A DNA stretch of 64,000 bases, from the NCBI GenBank assembly GCA_965279375.1, contig OZ257156.1, forward strand, positions 2,336,001 through 2,400,000, given 5' to 3'. This DNA comes from Gemmatimonas sp. (GTDB lineage Bacteria; Gemmatimonadota; Gemmatimonadetes; Gemmatimonadales; Gemmatimonadaceae). The notes below the pieces were generated by a model. The model was given only the letters and a program-made list of their open reading frames with translations. It was not told where the DNA came from and did not search any database. Position numbers and translations under genes: made by a program. Within the stretch, counting starts at the first letter, position 1. Each line of letters starts with the position of its first letter. This document shows positions 22,351 to 31,002 of this stretch, one piece after another.

Positions 22351-22653
22351 GTGCGCGGCTTCATGTGGCGGCAGTGGCTGCGAAGAGAGGAGCATCGCGG
22401 GGAAGACGATCCGCGTGGAGCAAGGCAAATCGTGACGATTCTGGACCGACGGTACAGCATGTCACCAGTAAAAAATATGTTTGGCAGTTACTCGAGCTCG
22501 CCCGGTCGCAACGATTGTTCCTTTTCCTTTAGGCTTTCCTTGCCAGCAGCCGAAACCCCTGTTTAGCTTCGCTCTGCTTCTCCTACACGATCGCCTCATG
22601 ACAAAGTGCGGAAGCGTACCTGTCCTGAGGCCGCCCACATTCAAGGAACCGGC

Positions 22654-23970
22654 ATGGTTGGCATGTCCCGCCCGCGACGAGTTGCGCTCGTCGCGCTGCT
22701 GGGCGCAATGGCTCTCGGCCTTGCAGCCTGCGGTGAGAGTTATCCGAATTCGACGTTCAATCCGAATTCGGAGTACAACGCCGCAATCGACGCGCTTTGG
22801 GATCGCCTGCTGTATCTCGGCACGGCAGTCTTCATCGCAGTCGAGGCAGCTCTCGTCTACACGATCTTCCGTTATCGTCGTCGCCCGGGTGGCGGCGTGC
22901 CGAAGCAGGTCCACGGTAACACGACGCTCGAAATCGCATGGACTGCGATCCCGGCCGTCATTCTGATTTTCGTCGCCATCCCGACGGTTCGCACGATCTT
23001 CAAGACGCAGGCCAAGGCGGCGCCGGATGCGCTGCAGGTCGAAGTGATCGGGCATCAGTGGTGGTGGGAGTTCAAGTACCCGCAGTACGGCATTGCAACG
23101 GCCAACGAGCTGTATCTGCCGAACGGGCGCACGGTGAACTTCCAGCTCAAGACGATGGACGTGCTGCACTCCTTCTGGATCCCTCAGATGGGCGGCAAGC
23201 GCGACCTGATCTCGAACAAGACCAACTATCTGTGGTTCACGCCGAACAAGGACCTGCCGTCGTCGGCATGGAACGGGTTCTGCGCCGAGTTCTGCGGACC
23301 GTCGCATGCGAACATGAAGTTCCGCGTGTACACGGTGACGCCGGAGGAGTTCACGCAGTGGCGTGAGCATCAGGTGCGGCCGGCGGTGTTCCCGGTGGCT
23401 GTCGCGGACAGCGCGGCAACGGGTGTGTCGCCGGTACCGACCGGTGCGGGCAGTGCGCCGATGCTGCAGACGGCTGCGGCGACGCCGACGGCAGCGCCTG
23501 CGGGGGCCGCGGCTCCGACGCCGGTGACGCCTGCGGCGTGGACGTTCCCGATGGAGAAGATCGAGAAGGACTTCGCGTACGTGATCCCGAAGACGCCGCT
23601 TCCGACAACGATCAAGTTCGACGAGTCGCTGCTGGCGAAGGGCGATGCGAAGCGCGGACACGAGATCTACAGCCGGTCGTCGTGCATCGGTTGCCATGTG
23701 GTCACGGGCAACCCGATGAGCATGGGCAACATCGGCCCGAGCCTGACGCACGTCGGCACGCGCCACACCATCGCCGGCGGGCTGTATCCGAATGACAGCA
23801 AGCATCTGGCGTACTGGATCAAGAACGCCCCGATCATGAAGCCCGGCAGCATCATGCCGACGCTCGGCAAGGGCGAGACGGATCCGAAGACGAAGATGGT
23901 GATGAACGTTGGCGCACTGACCGACGCGGAAATCGCCGACATCGTGGCGTACCTGCTGGCTCTCAAGTAA
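22654..23970 (+). CDS. ctaC: Cytochrome c oxidase subunit II with fused cytochrome c (caa3 type)
   Basis: Lipobox LAAC, GHQWWWEF, DVLHSFWIP, CuA motif CAEFCGPSHANM, heme c CIGCH and distal MP. Confidence 0.95.
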   Translation: MVGMSRPRRVALVALLGAMALGLAACGESYPNSTFNPNSEYNAAIDALWDRLLYLGTAVFIAVEAALVYTIFRYRRRPGGGVPKQVHGNTTLEIAWTAIPAVILIFVAIPTVRTIFKTQAKAAPDALQVEVIGHQWWWEFKYPQYGIATANELYLPNGRTVNFQLKTMDVLHSFWIPQMGGKRDLISNKTNYLWFTPNKDLPSSAWNGFCAEFCGPSHANMKFRVYTVTPEEFTQWREHQVRPAVFPVAVADSAATGVSPVPTGAGSAPMLQTAAATPTAAPAGAAAPTPVTPAAWTFPMEKIEKDFAYVIPKTPLPTTIKFDESLLAKGDAKRGHEIYSRSSCIGCHVVTGNPMSMGNIGPSLTHVGTRHTIAGGLYPNDSKHLAYWIKNAPIMKPGSIMPTLGKGETDPKTKMVMNVGALTDAEIADIVAYLLALK

Positions 23971-23993
23971 CCGCTCACCACACACATACAGCG

Positions 23994-25877
23994 ATGGCTA
24001 CCCTCGTCGCAGCGCCCCCGTACACCGAGAGCCAGACGGAGCCCGGCACCACCGGGATCATGAGCTGGCTCACCACGGTGGACCACAAGCGAATCGGGAC
24101 GCTCTATCTCGTTTCTGCGTTGTTTTTCTTCGTGTTCGGCGGCCTCGAAGCCGGACTGCTGCGTGCCCAGCTGGCCACTCCGAACGGCAAGGTGTTGTCG
24201 GCGGAGCTGTACAACCAGATGTTCACGATGCACGGCACGACGATGGTGTTCCTTGCCGTCATGCCGCTCTCCGCCGCCTTCTTCAACCTGCTGATTCCTC
24301 TGCAGATCGGCGCGCGCGACGTCGCCTTTCCGCGGCTGAATGCGTTCAGCTACTGGGTGTACGTGCTCGGCGCGCTGTTCATCACGTTCCCCATCTTCTT
24401 TCAGATGGCGCCGAACGGTGGCTGGTTTGGTTATGCCCCGCTGAGCACGAAGGCGTACTCGCCTGAGATGAACATGGATTTCTGGGTGATTGGCCTCCAG
24501 ATACTTGGCATCTCGTCGCTCGCGGCCGCGTTCAACTTCATCACGACGATCATCAACATGCGTGCACCGGGCATGACGCTCATGCGCATGCCGATCTTCA
24601 CGTGGATGTCGTTCGTGGTGCAGTTCCTCGTGGCGCTGGCGTTCCCGGTCATCACCGTGGCGCTGATCTTCCTGCAGTTCGACCGCTTCTTCGGCACGAA
24701 CTTCTACACGATCGCCAAGGGCGCCGACCCGCTGCTGTGGCAGCATCTGTTCTGGGTGTTCGGCCACCCCGAGGTGTACATCCTCATCCTGCCGGCCTTC
24801 GGTCTCGTCTCCGAAGTGCTGCCGACGTTCTCGCGCAAGCCGTTGTTCGGCTACCCGGTCATGGTGTACTCGGGCACGCTGATCGGCTTCTTGGGCTTCG
24901 GCGTGTGGGCGCACCACATGTTCTCCGTGGGCATGGGCGCGATCGCCGACGCGGTCTTCTCGCTGACGACGATGCTCATCGCCGTGCCGACGGGCGTGAA
25001 GATCTTCAACTGGATCGCGACGATGTGGGGCGGCCAGCTGCGCTTCACCGTGGCGATGAAGTTCGCCGTGGCGCTGGTGGGCATGTTCACGATCGGCGGT
25101 ATCTCCGGCGTGATGCACTCCTCGCCGCCGGCCGACCTGCAGCAGACCGACACGTATTTCGTGGTGGCGCACTTCCACTACGTGCTGGTCGGCGGCTCGA
25201 TGTTCGGCCTGTTCTCCGGCGTGTACTACTACTTCCCGAAGTTCACCGGTCGCATGATGAGCGAGAAGCTCGGCAACTGGAACTTCTGGGTGTTCCTGCT
25301 CGGCATGAACCTGACGTTCTTCCCCATGCACTTCAGCGGTCTGCTCGGCATGCCGCGCCGCATTTATCAGTACGATGCGGGGCAGGGGATCGAACTGTTC
25401 AACATGATCTCGTCGGTGGGCTACGTCATTCAGGCGCTCGGCGTGCTGTTCGGCGTGATCAACATGTGGGTCAGCTGGCGCAACGGCGCGCGCGCGTCGA
25501 GCAATCCGTGGGGCGCTCCGACGCTCGAATGGACGCTGCCGTCTCCGCCGCCCGACTACAACTTCGCCGAGATTCCGCAGGTGAAGTCGCGCTACCCGCT
25601 GTGGAACGTGAAGGGCGGCGACACGCTCGTGCACGAGACCACGTGGGAAGAAGAGAAGAACCGCGTCATTCCGACCGCCAAGCAGCTTGGCATCGTGATG
25701 CCAAACCCGTCGATCTGGCCGCTGATCTGCGCCGCGGGACTGATCGTGATGTTCTCTGGTCTGTTGTTCCTGGAGCGCACGCCGTTCGTCGGCATCGGCA
25801 TCATGCTCGCCGGTTCCGCGTGGATGGTGGGATCACTTTACAAGTGGCTCATGACGCCGCTCGAGGACCATCACTAA
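23994..25877 (+). CDS. ctaD: Cytochrome c oxidase subunit I (A1 type)
   Basis: TVDHKRIG, FTMHG, FGHPEVY, WAHHM, AHFHYV, GMPRR; extra C-terminal TM helices. Confidence 0.97.
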   Translation: MATLVAAPPYTESQTEPGTTGIMSWLTTVDHKRIGTLYLVSALFFFVFGGLEAGLLRAQLATPNGKVLSAELYNQMFTMHGTTMVFLAVMPLSAAFFNLLIPLQIGARDVAFPRLNAFSYWVYVLGALFITFPIFFQMAPNGGWFGYAPLSTKAYSPEMNMDFWVIGLQILGISSLAAAFNFITTIINMRAPGMTLMRMPIFTWMSFVVQFLVALAFPVITVALIFLQFDRFFGTNFYTIAKGADPLLWQHLFWVFGHPEVYILILPAFGLVSEVLPTFSRKPLFGYPVMVYSGTLIGFLGFGVWAHHMFSVGMGAIADAVFSLTTMLIAVPTGVKIFNWIATMWGGQLRFTVAMKFAVALVGMFTIGGISGVMHSSPPADLQQTDTYFVVAHFHYVLVGGSMFGLFSGVYYYFPKFTGRMMSEKLGNWNFWVFLLGMNLTFFPMHFSGLLGMPRRIYQYDAGQGIELFNMISSVGYVIQALGVLFGVINMWVSWRNGARASSNPWGAPTLEWTLPSPPPDYNFAEIPQVKSRYPLWNVKGGDTLVHETTWEEEKNRVIPTAKQLGIVMPNPSIWPLICAAGLIVMFSGLLFLERTPFVGIGIMLAGSAWMVGSLYKWLMTPLEDHH

Positions 25878-25878
25878 G

Positions 25879-26577
25879 ATGACTGCGACCACGACTCCAA
25901 CGGCCGCACCACACGGTGACGGCCACGCGCACGGCGGCGGTGGGCACTACACCACGCTGGGGCTCGACAATCGTAAAGTGGCCATTTGGACCTTCATCGG
26001 GTCCGAGTGCATGCTCTTCGCGTCGCTCATCTCGACGTATCTGATCTACAAGGGCAAGAGCCCGGAAGGCCCATATCCGCACGAGGCGTGGACCAACCCG
26101 GGCACGGGCGAAGTCTTCAAGCCGATCCTGAACATCCCGGTGACGTCGGCGTCCACGTTCGTGCTGCTGATGTCGTCGCTGGCGATGGTGCTCGCGCTCG
26201 CCGCAGTGCAGAACCGCGACATGCCCAAGCACGGCACGTGGGAGAAGATCCTGGGCTCGTCCAAGTTGTGGCTGTGGACGACGTGTCTCTTGGGCATCGG
26301 CTTCCTCGGCTGTCAGGCGTACGAATTCACGTCCTTCATTCACGAAGGGCTGTCGATGCGCACTAACCTGTTCGGTTCGAGCTTCTTCACGCTGACCGGC
26401 TTCCACGGCGCGCACGTCACGGCGGGTGTGCTGTGGCTGTTCACGCTGCTGGCGATCGACTACAAGCGTGGACTCGGCCCCAAGGACGCCACGACCGTCG
26501 ACATCTGCGCGCTGTACTGGCACTTCGTCGACGTGGTCTGGATCGCGATCTTCACGCTCGTCTACCTGATCAAGTAA
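25879..26577 (+). CDS. ctaE: Cytochrome c oxidase subunit III (short form)
   Basis: WTFIGSECMLF, LTGFHGAHV, YWHFVDVVW. Confidence 0.95.
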   Translation: MTATTTPTAAPHGDGHAHGGGGHYTTLGLDNRKVAIWTFIGSECMLFASLISTYLIYKGKSPEGPYPHEAWTNPGTGEVFKPILNIPVTSASTFVLLMSSLAMVLALAAVQNRDMPKHGTWEKILGSSKLWLWTTCLLGIGFLGCQAYEFTSFIHEGLSMRTNLFGSSFFTLTGFHGAHVTAGVLWLFTLLAIDYKRGLGPKDATTVDICALYWHFVDVVWIAIFTLVYLIK

Positions 26578-26587
26578 GGAGCTCGCC

Positions 26588-26929
26588 ATGGCAGATCACG
26601 CACAGGCCGGCGGCCACGCGCACGACGAATACCATCCGACGTGGTCCACGTACTGGAAGGTCGCGTTGTTCCTCACCGTCATCACGGCGATCGAGGTCTC
26701 CGCGTACTACATCCCCGCGTGGGAAACGTCGTGGATCTACGTCCCCAGCATGCTCATCATGTCGGGGATCAAGTTCGCGGTGGTCGTCGCGTTCTACATG
26801 CACCTCAAGTACGACCACAAGATCTTCCGCGCGCTGTTCACCGGACCGCTGATGATCGCGACGCTGACGCTCATCGGCTTGCTGTTCCTCTTCTCCAAGC
26901 TGGCCATCAAGCTCGGCCTCTTGGCGTAG
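26588..26929 (+). CDS. ctaF: Cytochrome c oxidase subunit IV
   Basis: AAGGAG RBS; three TM helices; KFAVVVAFYMHLKYD. Confidence 0.88.
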   Translation: MADHAQAGGHAHDEYHPTWSTYWKVALFLTVITAIEVSAYYIPAWETSWIYVPSMLIMSGIKFAVVVAFYMHLKYDHKIFRALFTGPLMIATLTLIGLLFLFSKLAIKLGLLA

Positions 26930-26933
26930 CCCG

Positions 26934-26951
26934 GCCGCCCTTCGGGGCGGC
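26934..26951 (+). other. C(UUCG)G tetraloop hairpin between ctaF and ctaG
   Basis: GCCGCCC-TTCG-GGGCGGC; no U-tract follows. Confidence 0.6.
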
Positions 26952-26963
26952 TATCTTGGGTAC

Positions 26964-27878
26964 ATGATGCTTCTCCATCCCGCCGCGCAGCTTTCCTGGA
27001 CGAACTTCACGGTTCATCCGAGCACCGCGATCGGGATAGCGGCCCTCGGTGCGGCGTATCTCATGCGCGCGCGCCGGGGGCCGTCTGCTGCCGACCGGTT
27101 TCCCGTCACCGTCGCGAACATCGCTGACGCAACACCGGCGCAAATCGATGCGGCGGCCGCAGCGCCGGGCCCGACCGTCGGCCAACGTGCGAGCTTCTTC
27201 GCGGCACTCGTGCTGCTGTTCTTCACGCTGAACGGGCCGCTGCACGACCTGAGCGACTACTACCTGTTCAGCGCGCACATGGTGCAGCATCTCGTGCTCA
27301 CGCTGATGGTGCCGCCGCTGATGGTGCTCGGCACGCCCGGCTGGATGCTGCGTCCGCTGCTGCGCAATGCGCGCGTCTATCGCTTCGCGAAGGCGATCAC
27401 GGGATTCGGCGGCAGCTTTGCGATCTTCAACGTGGTGCTGGCGTTCTGGCATCTGCCGCCGATGTACAACCTCGCGTTGGCGCAGCACCCGATTCACATC
27501 GCGCAGCATCTCATGTTCATCGCGGCGTCGGTGTTCATGTGGTGGCCGCTGACATCGCCGCTGCCGGAGTTGCCGCGGGCGTCGTATCCGATGCAGATGC
27601 TTTACTGCTTCATCATGACGATTCCGATGTCCGTCATCGCGATCTACATCGCGATGGCCGACTCGCTGCTCTATCCGGGCTACGCCGTCGCACCGCGCGT
27701 GCTGGGCATCACGCCGATGATGGATCAGCAGTACGGCGGATTGATCATGTGGATCCCGGGCGGGCTGTTTTTCTACAGCGTGATGACGGTCGTCTTCTTC
27801 AAGTGGTCGGGACGCGGCGAAGACACCGAGGCAAGCGCACAGGTGGGATGGGTGGGCGGGGATACCGTCTCCGGGTAG
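26964..27878 (+). CDS. ctaG: Cytochrome c oxidase assembly factor, Caa3-CtaG family
   Basis: LFSAHMVQHL, FWHLP, HIAQH, DQQYGGLIMWIPG. Confidence 0.9.
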   Translation: MMLLHPAAQLSWTNFTVHPSTAIGIAALGAAYLMRARRGPSAADRFPVTVANIADATPAQIDAAAAAPGPTVGQRASFFAALVLLFFTLNGPLHDLSDYYLFSAHMVQHLVLTLMVPPLMVLGTPGWMLRPLLRNARVYRFAKAITGFGGSFAIFNVVLAFWHLPPMYNLALAQHPIHIAQHLMFIAASVFMWWPLTSPLPELPRASYPMQMLYCFIMTIPMSVIAIYIAMADSLLYPGYAVAPRVLGITPMMDQQYGGLIMWIPGGLFFYSVMTVVFFKWSGRGEDTEASAQVGWVGGDTVSG

Positions 27879-27916
27879 CTTTCGTCTCGAGGTTCGATCC
27901 CCAGCCGGAGTGCAGC

Positions 27917-28432
27917 ATGCCCGCCAGAAAGCCGTCCAGTGGCAAACGCGCCGTGAAGAAGACCGTCCAGGCCACCGAGAACAAGTTCGGCAAGGCCGCG
28001 CGTGTTGCGGCCCAGTTGGGCGGCAAGAAGCCGGTGGCGTGGCAGAAGTCCGAAGCCCCCAGGCGTGCGGCGTACGTGCCACCTGAAGCGATGGAAGAAG
28101 CCGCGTTCGCCAAGGCGAGCGTGTTCAGCGCGACGGCGGCGCGCACGCTCGACGCGTCAGTCTCCGACGTCTTCCGCGCGTTCAACGATCCGATGCGTCG
28201 GGACTGGTGTCACGAGCGGATGTTCAGCGTGCGTGCGGCGGTGGCGCCGCGCATGCTCAAACTCGAGATGCCGGACAAGAGCCTCGTGCTGGTCGGCATC
28301 GAGCGCAAAGGCAACTCGCGATGCATTGTGTCGGTGGAGCAGTCACAGATGCTGAGCGCGGACGCAGCCGATCGAGCGAAAACGACGTGGAAGCAATCGC
28401 TCGATCGGCTGGCGATGAAGCTCGACGAGTAG
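27917..28432 (+). CDS. Hypothetical protein: basic N-terminus plus SRPBCC-like domain
   Basis: Lys-rich start MPARKPSSGKRAVKK; ARTLDASVSDVFRAFNDPMRRDW and a C-terminal WKQSLDRL helix. Confidence 0.6.
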   Translation: MPARKPSSGKRAVKKTVQATENKFGKAARVAAQLGGKKPVAWQKSEAPRRAAYVPPEAMEEAAFAKASVFSATAARTLDASVSDVFRAFNDPMRRDWCHERMFSVRAAVAPRMLKLEMPDKSLVLVGIERKGNSRCIVSVEQSQMLSADAADRAKTTWKQSLDRLAMKLDE

Positions 28433-28441
28433 ACCGGTCTG

Positions 28442-28933
28442 CTACTCCAGTGCGCCGGCGAGGACCGCGTTGACGCGGCCCGGAAGTGCGGGATGCTGGC
28501 GCCACATGTAGAGCCCCATCGCGGCCGCACCGATCAGGTTCGCGATGAACACCTGCAGCCAGGTGAGTTCACCGAAGCCCTGCGAGAGCACCGACGTCCA
28601 GCCGACCCAGCCCACTTCGAAGACAGCGACGAGTCCCAGGAATCCAACGAGCACCGACGGTGTCTTTTCGCCCGCGTTGACGACCCAGGAGAACACCAGG
28701 CCGATCATCGTGAACAGCGCGAAGTGAAGGACGGTGTAGCCGAGGAAGGAGGCAGCGAAGCTGGGTTCGACGTTCTGCAGGAAGAGCGATCCGAATGACT
28801 TGCCGAGCATGACCGGCGTGGCAAGGAGCTGTCCTTGCACGGCGTCGAGGATGGCGAACCAGACTGCGATCGCGCTGGCGCCGATGAGGCCAGCGGAGAT
28901 CCCTTCACGAGCAACTCGATTGGTCGTGGACAT
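28442..28933 (-). CDS. Hypothetical integral membrane protein (about 4 TM)
   Basis: AGGAG RBS before ATG 28933; four hydrophobic segments. Confidence 0.75.
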   Translation of the reverse strand: MSTTNRVAREGISAGLIGASAIAVWFAILDAVQGQLLATPVMLGKSFGSLFLQNVEPSFAASFLGYTVLHFALFTMIGLVFSWVVNAGEKTPSVLVGFLGLVAVFEVGWVGWTSVLSQGFGELTWLQVFIANLIGAAAMGLYMWRQHPALPGRVNAVLAGALE

Positions 28934-29177
28934 CTGATGCCTTGCTCCTGTCGAAACGGTTAGGAAGGCGATGGAGAGTGTGTCGCCGCCGTTGTTCGGC
29001 GTCGGCGTCACTGCGGATCGGGAGGTGGGGACTGCGGAATCCGAATCTCTCAACAACTGTATATTCGCTCGCGTAGCGGCGTCCGCCAGAGGGACCCTCG
29101 ACAAAGCCGCGCCCCTGTCTCAGTCTACGCCTCGTCCGCCGAAGCGTTCCCCCTTCGATCGCCTATCCGACCAGCCC

Positions 29178-29732
29178 ATGGCCCGACGTTCGCGCTGCCT
29201 CCTGATGTCTCCTGTTGTGCTTGCCTCGGTTGCGCTGGTCGGTGCCGCCTGCGGCGGCGGGCCAGAGAAGGGGAGCACAGCCGACAAGATCGCGCAGAGC
29301 ACCAGCGCGGCCGCCTGTGCCGCGGCGGACACGACGGCGCTGTACGTGGCGGTGAAGGAGTACATCTCCACCGTGCGTCCCACGCCGCAGCGTTTTCTGA
29401 GTGCGGCGGGAACGGACTCGGCGGTGCCCGAAGACGCCTTCAAGGCGTTGCAGGACAAGGGGCCGTCGTTCTTCTACAGCTCCGACACGGCCGCGCAGCG
29501 GCAGATTCGCGACAAGCTGGCCGCAGTGGGACCGTACGCGTCGCTGCTCGTGCTGTTCAAGGGCAAGACCGCAAGCTCGACGGGTGATTCGATCACCGTC
29601 CAGCTGGGCGGCCAGTACGTGGGTGGGGAGCACGAAGGCAAGCGTGCGGCGATGGGTCGCTATGTGGTGCAGTGTGATTCGTCGCGGTGGAAGCTGGTGA
29701 GCGCCACGCTCGACTCGTCGGCCACGCGCTGA
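29178..29732 (+). CDS. Hypothetical lipoprotein
   Basis: Signal peptide ending VGAACGG; TGATG overlap with the next gene. Confidence 0.75.
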   Translation: MARRSRCLLMSPVVLASVALVGAACGGGPEKGSTADKIAQSTSAAACAAADTTALYVAVKEYISTVRPTPQRFLSAAGTDSAVPEDAFKALQDKGPSFFYSSDTAAQRQIRDKLAAVGPYASLLVLFKGKTASSTGDSITVQLGGQYVGGEHEGKRAAMGRYVVQCDSSRWKLVSATLDSSATR

Positions 29733-30931
29733 TGTCCCGCCCGGAGCGACTGCTTTCGCTCGACGTGTTCCGCGGCATGACCGTCGCGGGGATGTTGCTG
29801 GTGAACAATCCCGGGACGTGGAGTGCGATCTACGAGCCGCTCGAGCATGCCGCGTGGAACGGATGGACGCCGACGGACCTCATCTTCCCGTTCTTCCTGT
29901 TCATCGTCGGCATCACGACCGAGCTGTCGCTGCGCGTGCGACGTGCGCGCGGGCACGATGAGTCAGCAATCCTCAAGCAGATTTTGCGGCGTGGGGCGCT
30001 GATCTTTCTCTTTGGTCTCGCGCTGTCGGCGTTTCCGTTCTTCACGTGGACCGCCATCCCGGACATGCCTGACCCGTCGTTTCTCGACCGGGTGGTGTAC
30101 CGCGTTGAGCATCTGCGCATTCTGGGCGTGCTGCAACGCATCGGGTTGGCGTATCTGTGCGGGGCGCTGCTGACGCTGCGCACGTCGTGGAAGCAGCAGC
30201 TCGGCATTCTCGCGGTGCTGCTCTTCGGCTACTGGGCGCTGCAGACGCTGGTCCCGGTGCCCGACACCGGCGTGGCGGGACGGTTTGTGCTCGACAAGCC
30301 CGAAGCGCTCCTGAGCGCGTGGCTCGATCGGACCGTGTTGGGTGTCGATCACCTGTGGTCGGGGAGCAAGACGTGGGATCCGGAAGGGCTGCTCAGCACG
30401 ATGCCGGCGATCGGTACGATGATGCTGGGCACGTTTTCGGGGCGCTGGATCAGCGAGCAGGCGCGTCCGCTCTCGGAACGTCTGGCGGCGCTGTTCTCGG
30501 TCGGCGCGCTCACGATGATGCTCGGGCTCATCTGGAACTGGGGATTCCCGATCAACAAGAGCATCTGGTCGAGCAGCTACGTGCTCTTCACTGCCGGCAT
30601 GGGAGCGGTCGCGCTGGCGACGTGCATGTGGATCATCGACGTGCAGCAGTGGAAGCGCTGGACCTTCCCGTTCGTGGTGTACGGGATGAATCCGATGCTG
30701 GCGTTCCTTGGCTCGGGGCTGATGGCGCGCATGATCTCGAGCATCATCATGCTCGATGCAGGCGCTGGGGACGGAACGCGCATCTCACTGCAGTCACTGG
30801 TGTTCAAGACGGTGTACGCGCCATTGCTTCCGCCGCGTGATGCGTCTTTGTTGTACGCCATCAGTTTCGTGACGCTGTGGTTCATTATTCTGTGGGGCGC
30901 GTTGAAGAAGGGCGTGGTGCTCAAGGTCTGA
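29732..30931 (+). CDS. HGSNAT/NagX-like transmembrane acetyltransferase
   Basis: RLLSLDVFRG, HAAWNG.TPTDLIFPFFLFIVG, GVLQRI, DPEGLLS, PINKSIWSSSY, GMNP. Confidence 0.9.
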   Translation: MSRPERLLSLDVFRGMTVAGMLLVNNPGTWSAIYEPLEHAAWNGWTPTDLIFPFFLFIVGITTELSLRVRRARGHDESAILKQILRRGALIFLFGLALSAFPFFTWTAIPDMPDPSFLDRVVYRVEHLRILGVLQRIGLAYLCGALLTLRTSWKQQLGILAVLLFGYWALQTLVPVPDTGVAGRFVLDKPEALLSAWLDRTVLGVDHLWSGSKTWDPEGLLSTMPAIGTMMLGTFSGRWISEQARPLSERLAALFSVGALTMMLGLIWNWGFPINKSIWSSSYVLFTAGMGAVALATCMWIIDVQQWKRWTFPFVVYGMNPMLAFLGSGLMARMISSIIMLDAGAGDGTRISLQSLVFKTVYAPLLPPRDASLLYAISFVTLWFIILWGALKKGVVLKV

Positions 30932-31002
30932 GTGCCACCGCACGTGTTTCGCATTGCGATTCACGTTTCGCTCACGCGCGTACGCCTTCAGCCTGGTGCT
31001 TG

